Made by a program: the position numbers and the translations under genes. This document shows positions 5,329-9,252 of a DNA stretch of 9,252 nucleotides, in pieces. Position 1 is the first letter of the stretch, and every line of letters starts with the position of its first letter. Below the pieces are notes generated by a model that saw only the letters and a program-made list of their open reading frames with translations, did not search any database and had not been told where the DNA came from. The DNA is taken from NCBI GenBank assembly GCA_028276785.1, contig JAPYVP010000022.1, positions 1-9,252 of the forward strand, in the 5' to 3' direction. Origin of the DNA: Candidatus Nanopusillus sp. GTDB taxonomy: Archaea; Nanobdellota; Nanobdellia; Nanobdellales; Nanobdellaceae.

Positions 5329-5994
5329 ATGTTAGTTATAAATTTGAAATCTTACATAGAGACAATTGGAAAAAGAGGTTTAGAATTATTAGAAGCTGCT
5401 GAAAAGGTTGCAGAAGAGTATGGTATTGATATAGCGATTGCTCCACAATTTACTGATATATATTTACTATCAAAAAATGCAAAAAAAGTAAAAATATTTG
5501 CACAACATATAGATCCGATTGAACCAGGTGCTTATACTGGACATATATTACCTGAAGCTGTGAAAGAGGCTGGTGCAGTTGGAACTTTAATAAATCATTC
5601 AGAAAAACCAATGAAGATTATAGATATAGAAAAAGCAATAAATATAGCAAAAAGATTGGGTTTAATTACAATAGTATGTGCAAATGATAGTATTGTAGGA
5701 GCTGCAATTGCAAAATTTAATCCGGATTATATTGCTGTAGAACCACCGGAATTAATAGGAACAGGAATTTCTGTATCAACTGCTAGACCAGAAATAGTAA
5801 TAAATTCTGTTAAAATGATTAAAGAAATTAATTCAAATATTAAAGTATTGGTCGGGGCTGGTATAAGTAATAGAGAAGATGTAAAGAAAGCGTTGGAATT
5901 TGGGGCTGAAGGTGTATTATTATCATCTGCAGTTACAAAGGCTAATAATTTTTATGAAAAAGTAAAAGAATTGGCTGAAGGTTTTATAAGATAA
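5329..5994 (+). CDS. tpiA: Triosephosphate isomerase, short archaeal type (221 aa)
   Basis: The length is typical of archaeal TIM. The N-terminus is LVINLKSY (archaeal iNfKtY pattern). The catalytic-His segment is GTLINHSE and the catalytic-Glu segment is IAVEPPELIGTG. The phosphate-binding region is VLVGAGIS...GVLLSSAV. Confidence 0.92.
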   Translation: MLVINLKSYIETIGKRGLELLEAAEKVAEEYGIDIAIAPQFTDIYLLSKNAKKVKIFAQHIDPIEPGAYTGHILPEAVKEAGAVGTLINHSEKPMKIIDIEKAINIAKRLGLITIVCANDSIVGAAIAKFNPDYIAVEPPELIGTGISVSTARPEIVINSVKMIKEINSNIKVLVGAGISNREDVKKALEFGAEGVLLSSAVTKANNFYEKVKELAEGFIR

Positions 5995-5999
5995 TTTTT
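5995..5999 (+). terminator. Oligo-T (T5) immediately after the tpiA stop
   Basis: TAA at 5992-5994 is followed directly by TTTTT (5995-5999). Further T4 runs are at 6007-6010 and 6013-6016. Confidence 0.4.
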
Positions 6000-6006
6000 A
6001 AATATG

Positions 6007-6035
6007 TTTTAATTTTGACCATGCTAAAATTAAAA
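6007..6035. repeat. Perfect 10-bp inverted repeat (hairpin) between convergent tpiA and the MNT gene
   Basis: TTTTAATTTT (6007-6016) and AAAATTAAAA (6026-6035) flank the 9-nt loop GACCATGCT. The stem is all A/T, so it is thermodynamically weak and could arise by chance in this composition. Confidence 0.4.
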
Positions 6036-6055
6036 AGTTTTTAGAAAAAGTTTTA
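6032..6055. terminator. Tandem AAAAAGTTTT(T) motif reading as oligo-T on both strands (candidate bidirectional terminator)
   Basis: AAAAAGTTTTT (6032-6042) and AAAAAGTTTT (6045-6054) are separated by AG. The minus strand sees T5 at 6049..6045 and 6036..6032, just downstream of the MNT stop (6058..6056). The plus strand sees T5 at 6038-6042 and T4 at 6051-6054. Confidence 0.35.
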
Positions 6056-6427
6056 TTATTTTAGTATATTTAAATAATTTATTTCATAAGATTTTAACAA
6101 TTCTTCTAATTTCTTTGCCTCTTTTTTCATATTAATTATAAATAAACTTTTTGAGTTATCCCATTCTTCTTTTGTAAATGCAAAAAATTCAATATCTCCT
6201 TTAGAATATTTATATAATTTTTCTAACCTTTCTATATATCTTAAGTTCTTAAAGTCATCAGATATTATCACCAAATCTAAATCGCTTGTATCTAGATAAT
6301 CTCCTCTAGCTCTAGAACCTACGACATAAACATCAATTATATTAATTTCCTTTTTTATATCATTTATTATTTCTATTGCTTTTTTTAATAGTTCTTTCTG
6401 ACTTTTAATAGCAGACTTTGCCTTCAT
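6056..6427 (-). CDS. Minimal nucleotidyltransferase (MNT, Pol-beta superfamily), partner of the upstream HEPN protein
   Basis: The exact GSx10DxD signature is present: VVGSRARGDYLDTSDLDLVIISD. The size is small (123 aa). There is a 4-nt ATGA overlap with the HEPN gene. Confidence 0.85.
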   Translation of the reverse strand: MKAKSAIKSQKELLKKAIEIINDIKKEINIIDVYVVGSRARGDYLDTSDLDLVIISDDFKNLRYIERLEKLYKYSKGDIEFFAFTKEEWDNSKSLFIINMKKEAKKLEELLKSYEINYLNILK

Positions 6428-6813
6428 TTAATAAATTTCTTAACCCAATCGACAATTTTTTCAGCCATCTTTAAATATTCTTCTGCATCTTTCTTATCAT
6501 ACAATAAATATGGTAAACTATTTGCTGCATCTGGATCTCTAGAAATAGTATAATTTGGATTTAATTTTAAAGCTTCTTTTTTTATTTCTTCAACATTTAA
6601 ATCTACTTCTTCTTTAATTATATCTAACATTTTATTTAAATCGTGTGTTTTTACATCTTTTCCAAAATATAATAATAAAGCTTTCAGAGCTTTTTCTGCT
6701 GCTTGATGTGAATAAAATGCAGAAGCATAATATTTATTATTATTTAATAATACTCTTGCTGTATCTAAATCTTCCAAAGATTGCTTTAACCATAATTCAA
6801 CATTTTCCCTCAT
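6424..6813 (-). CDS. HEPN domain protein (classical PF05168-like type), 129 aa
   Basis: The pattern WLKQSLEDLDTARVLL...YYASAFYSHQAAEKALKALLLYFG...KTHDLNKML...YTISRDPDAA...YDKKDAEEYLKMAEKIVDWV matches the four-helix HEPN family that pairs with MNT genes. It has SRDPD where the family usually has sRYPd. No His lies 4-6 residues after the Arg. Confidence 0.82.
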   Translation of the reverse strand: MRENVELWLKQSLEDLDTARVLLNNNKYYASAFYSHQAAEKALKALLLYFGKDVKTHDLNKMLDIIKEEVDLNVEEIKKEALKLNPNYTISRDPDAANSLPYLLYDKKDAEEYLKMAEKIVDWVKKFIK

Positions 6814-6835
6814 AATATTATCTTTAATTCTATCC

Positions 6836-6844
6836 TTTATAAAA
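6836..6844 (-). promoter_or_regulatory. Candidate TATA box (TTTTATAAA on the minus strand) for HEPN-MNT, overlapping the valS stop codon
   Basis: The minus strand reads ...GAA CTT ATT TTA TAA AGG.... The box spans 23-31 nt upstream of the HEPN ATG (6813) and contains the valS TAA (6839..6837). It has the same TTTATAAA core as the tpiA and ATPase boxes. Confidence 0.4.
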
Positions 6845-9071
6845 TAAGTTCCATTATTTCATCAATTTTATTTTCAATAATTAATTTATTTTCTTTATAT
6901 AATTGTTGATATATATATTCTGTTATATATGGTAAGATTGGATGTAACATAATTAAGATTATTTTATATATAGTATATAATAAATATTTTGCAGTTTTAT
7001 CATTATTTTTTATCCTTTCTTTTATTTTTTCTAAATAATTATTTGCAAAATCTTCCCATGTAAACTTTCTCCATAATTTTACATATTCGGAATATCTAAA
7101 TTGATCAATATATTCTTTAGATTTTACAATATTTTCTTTCAATATTTTTATTATTTCTATATCTTCATCTTTTAATTCTAATACTTTCTCTGGCTTTTCT
7201 TTTATATTCATTTCAATATATCTCCCAATATTCCATAATTTTATTATAAATGCTTGTCCGGATTCTATATCTTTCATATTAAATCTATAATCATTACCTG
7301 GTGCAGCTAATAAAGCCCAATATCTTAAAGCATCTGGAGAATATTTATCCATTATTTCATTTGGATCTATTGCATTTCCTAAGGATTTTGACATTTTTCT
7401 TCCCCTTTCATCTAATACCATTCCATGAATTAATGCATATTTCCATGGATTTTTGTTTGTTAATAAATTTACCCTTACAATTGTATCAAATAACCATGTT
7501 CTTATAATTTCATATCCCTGTTGTCTTAAATCCACAGGTAAATATTCTTTTGTTTTATTGAATAATTCTGGTAATTCTTTTGGATTAAATTCTTTATTTT
7601 CTGTTAATGCATAATATAATATTACTAAAGGTGTTATTGAAGATTCAACCCATACATCAACAGTTTCATCTTCGAAGAATTTTCCATTATATTTCTTTAC
7701 TTTTTCTTTATCTATTCTTGGATCAATTGGTAAATCTTCTATATTTACTGGATATATTTTTCCATCTTTTTCATAAAATGGAAATGCAAGACCCCACAAC
7801 ATTTTTGTTCTAGAAATATTCCAATCCTGGTCTATATTATTTATCCAATCAACTAATCTTTTTACCTCACTTTCAGGAATTATTTTTATATCTTTTTGCC
7901 ATTCCAATATTTTTTCTTTTAAATCTTTTATTTTTATGAAAAATTGTTCCTTTGGAATAAATTCTAATGGTGATAAACAATCAGATCTTTCAGTATGTGA
8001 TAATACATTATGATTTATCTTTTCTATTTTATATATATAGTCCTTTAATATTTCTTTCATTTTTTCTCTTGCTTCTTCAACTTTTAATCCATTTATTTCT
8101 TTTATATTTGATATTATTCTCCCATCTTCAGATACTGAAATTATTTCAGGTAAATTATATTTTTCTTTCCATTTTATATCGTATGGATCTCCATATGTAC
8201 ATATCCACACAATTCCTGTTCCAAAATTATAATCTACATCTTCATCAGAAATAATCTTTACTTTTCTATTTATTAATGGAATTGTAACTTCTAAATTTTC
8301 TAATTCTTTATAATCATATTCTTTTATGATCTTTAGATTATTTTTTTCTGCATATATTTTTGATACAATTAAATTATTTTCAGTTTCTACATATTTGTTT
8401 TTTGCAATTAATATTAATGAACATGAATTAATTAATTCTGGTCTTGTTGTTGCTATTAACATATATTTTCCATTGTTTGTTGGTAATTTTATATATATCA
8501 GATATCCTTCTTTTTCTAAATATCCAGCTTCTTGCATCGAAATTGCTGTTTGGCATTTTGGACACCACATTATTGGATATCTTTTTCTTTCAATTAAACA
8601 ATCATTAAACATTTTTATCAATGTATATTGAACAAATGCTTCATATTTTCTATCAATTGTTTTATATACTTTATCTCTATCAAATGATGATCCCAATCTT
8701 TCAAATGTTTTATACATAGATTCAATCATTTTATTTGTCCAATCAATACATGCTTTTATAAATTGTTCCTTATTCTCTTTAGATATCTTTAATTTATTTA
8801 TAATTTTTAATTCTGTTGGCAAACCATGACAATCAAATCCTAAGGGAAAATATACATTATAACCTTCTAATCTTTTATATCTTGCCAAAAAATCTATCCA
8901 TATAAATTCTAGAGCATGACCCATATGTGCCTCTCCAGAAGTAAATGGTGGTGGAGTATCTATTATATATCTTTTATCCCTATTAATATCAAATCTAAAT
9001 ATTTCTCTATTTTTATTCCAGAGGTTTAATATCTCTTTTTCAATTATTTTATAATCAGGTCTCTTATCCAT
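6837..9071 (-). CDS. valS: Valyl-tRNA synthetase (class I), compact 744-aa form
   Basis: The N-terminal region is IIDTPPPFTSGEAHMGHALEF (HIGH motif as HMGH, residues 49-52, with the DTPPP context typical of archaeal ValRS), followed by ARYKRLEGYNVYFPLGFDCHGLPTE. CP1 editing-domain signatures are ATTRPE and GTGIVWICTYGDPYD. The KMSKS loop is RKMSKSLGNAIDP. The anticodon-binding helical domain ends ...LHPILPYITEYIY. There is no C-terminal coiled-coil. Confidence 0.86.
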   Translation of the reverse strand: MDKRPDYKIIEKEILNLWNKNREIFRFDINRDKRYIIDTPPPFTSGEAHMGHALEFIWIDFLARYKRLEGYNVYFPLGFDCHGLPTELKIINKLKISKENKEQFIKACIDWTNKMIESMYKTFERLGSSFDRDKVYKTIDRKYEAFVQYTLIKMFNDCLIERKRYPIMWCPKCQTAISMQEAGYLEKEGYLIYIKLPTNNGKYMLIATTRPELINSCSLILIAKNKYVETENNLIVSKIYAEKNNLKIIKEYDYKELENLEVTIPLINRKVKIISDEDVDYNFGTGIVWICTYGDPYDIKWKEKYNLPEIISVSEDGRIISNIKEINGLKVEEAREKMKEILKDYIYKIEKINHNVLSHTERSDCLSPLEFIPKEQFFIKIKDLKEKILEWQKDIKIIPESEVKRLVDWINNIDQDWNISRTKMLWGLAFPFYEKDGKIYPVNIEDLPIDPRIDKEKVKKYNGKFFEDETVDVWVESSITPLVILYYALTENKEFNPKELPELFNKTKEYLPVDLRQQGYEIIRTWLFDTIVRVNLLTNKNPWKYALIHGMVLDERGRKMSKSLGNAIDPNEIMDKYSPDALRYWALLAAPGNDYRFNMKDIESGQAFIIKLWNIGRYIEMNIKEKPEKVLELKDEDIEIIKILKENIVKSKEYIDQFRYSEYVKLWRKFTWEDFANNYLEKIKERIKNNDKTAKYLLYTIYKIILIMLHPILPYITEYIYQQLYKENKLIIENKIDEIMELIL

Positions 9072-9091
9072 TCAAAAATATATATAAAAAA

Positions 9092-9099
9092 TATATAAA
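9092..9099 (-). promoter_or_regulatory. Candidate TATA box (TTTATATA on the minus strand) for valS
   Basis: It lies 21-28 nt upstream of the valS ATG (9071), within a 31-nt spacer made of two tandem AAAATATATA units. No SD-like motif is present. Confidence 0.35.
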
Positions 9100-9102
9100 A
9101 GA

Positions 9103-9252
9103 CTATACTTCGTATATATTTTCCTCTGCTTTGTTTTTAACTAGCATAACTATCAACATTCCTATTAATAATAATACAAGACCACCTATTAATAGATAAA
9201 CCCCAGTTTGAATTATAGATTGGAAGTTTGAATATAATGGTTGTAATAAAGT
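9103..9252 (-). CDS. 3' end of a truncated ORF encoding a C-terminal transmembrane anchor (partial, continues beyond the window)
   Basis: Hand translation of the minus strand from 9252 gives TLLQPLYSNFQSIIQTGVYLLIGGLVLLLIGMLIVMLVKNKAEENIYEV*, with stop TAG at 9105..9103. This is one hydrophobic helix followed by a short charged tail, as seen in membrane-anchored or secreted archaeal proteins. It is not in the supplied ORF track. A second minus-strand frame is also open here but looks less protein-like. Confidence 0.4.
   Translation of the reverse strand, partial: TLLQPLYSNFQSIIQTGVYLLIGGLVLLLIGMLIVMLVKNKAEENIYEV

Noticed and set aside
6814-6836. Shine-Dalgarno-like motifs upstream of HEPN, and likewise upstream of the other genes
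   Set aside because: No GGAGG or GGTGA-like purine tract is present within 15 nt of any start codon in the window. The spacers are A/T only, consistent with leaderless or coupled translation rather than SD-led initiation.
7301-8631. Four plus-strand ORFs (7301-7507, 7607-7813, 7967-8254, 8326-8631) antisense to valS
   Set aside because: The logic is the same: they are shadow ORFs of a motif-rich class I synthetase gene with low-complexity products.
1-9252. CRISPR arrays, IS elements or transposases, integrases, restriction-modification or other multi-gene defence islands
   Set aside because: No spaced direct repeats of CRISPR size, no terminal inverted repeats flanking an ORF, and no nuclease, ATPase or helicase genes of defence type were seen. 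Apart from HEPN-MNT, every long ORF has a housekeeping or transport assignment.

Overview
This is a very AT-rich, tightly packed stretch that looks archaeal. The evidence is a short archaeal-type triosephosphate isomerase, a CCA-less tRNA with GC-rich stems, a C/D box sRNA, TATA-like boxes about 21-33 nt upstream of start codons, and no Shine-Dalgarno motifs. A thermophilic, reduced-genome lineage such as DPANN/Nanoarchaeota is a guess only.

Gene content, left to right:
- tRNA-Gly(GCC), followed 5 nt later by a 146-aa K/E-rich coiled-coil ORF (+)
- A processive-type GT2 glycosyltransferase and RNase Z, translationally coupled (-)
- A previously unlisted C/D box sRNA in the next spacer (+)
- A P2-type cation ATPase (-)
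- Archaeal tpiA (+)
- valS followed by a HEPN/minimal-nucleotidyltransferase pair (-)
- The C-terminal membrane anchor of a truncated ORF at the right edge (-)

I see no CRISPR array, no IS or transposase, and no clear multi-gene novel defence system. The only defence-like module is the HEPN-MNT pair.

The observations most worth following up:
- the C/D box sRNA, which lies antisense to the ATPase stop codon
- the promoter-less ORF fused to the tRNA 3' end, next to RNase Z
- the non-canonical ion-site residues in the ATPase
- the compositional outlier tpiA
- the highly symmetric crossing promoters and embedded terminators

All calls come from reading motifs by eye. No database search was run.
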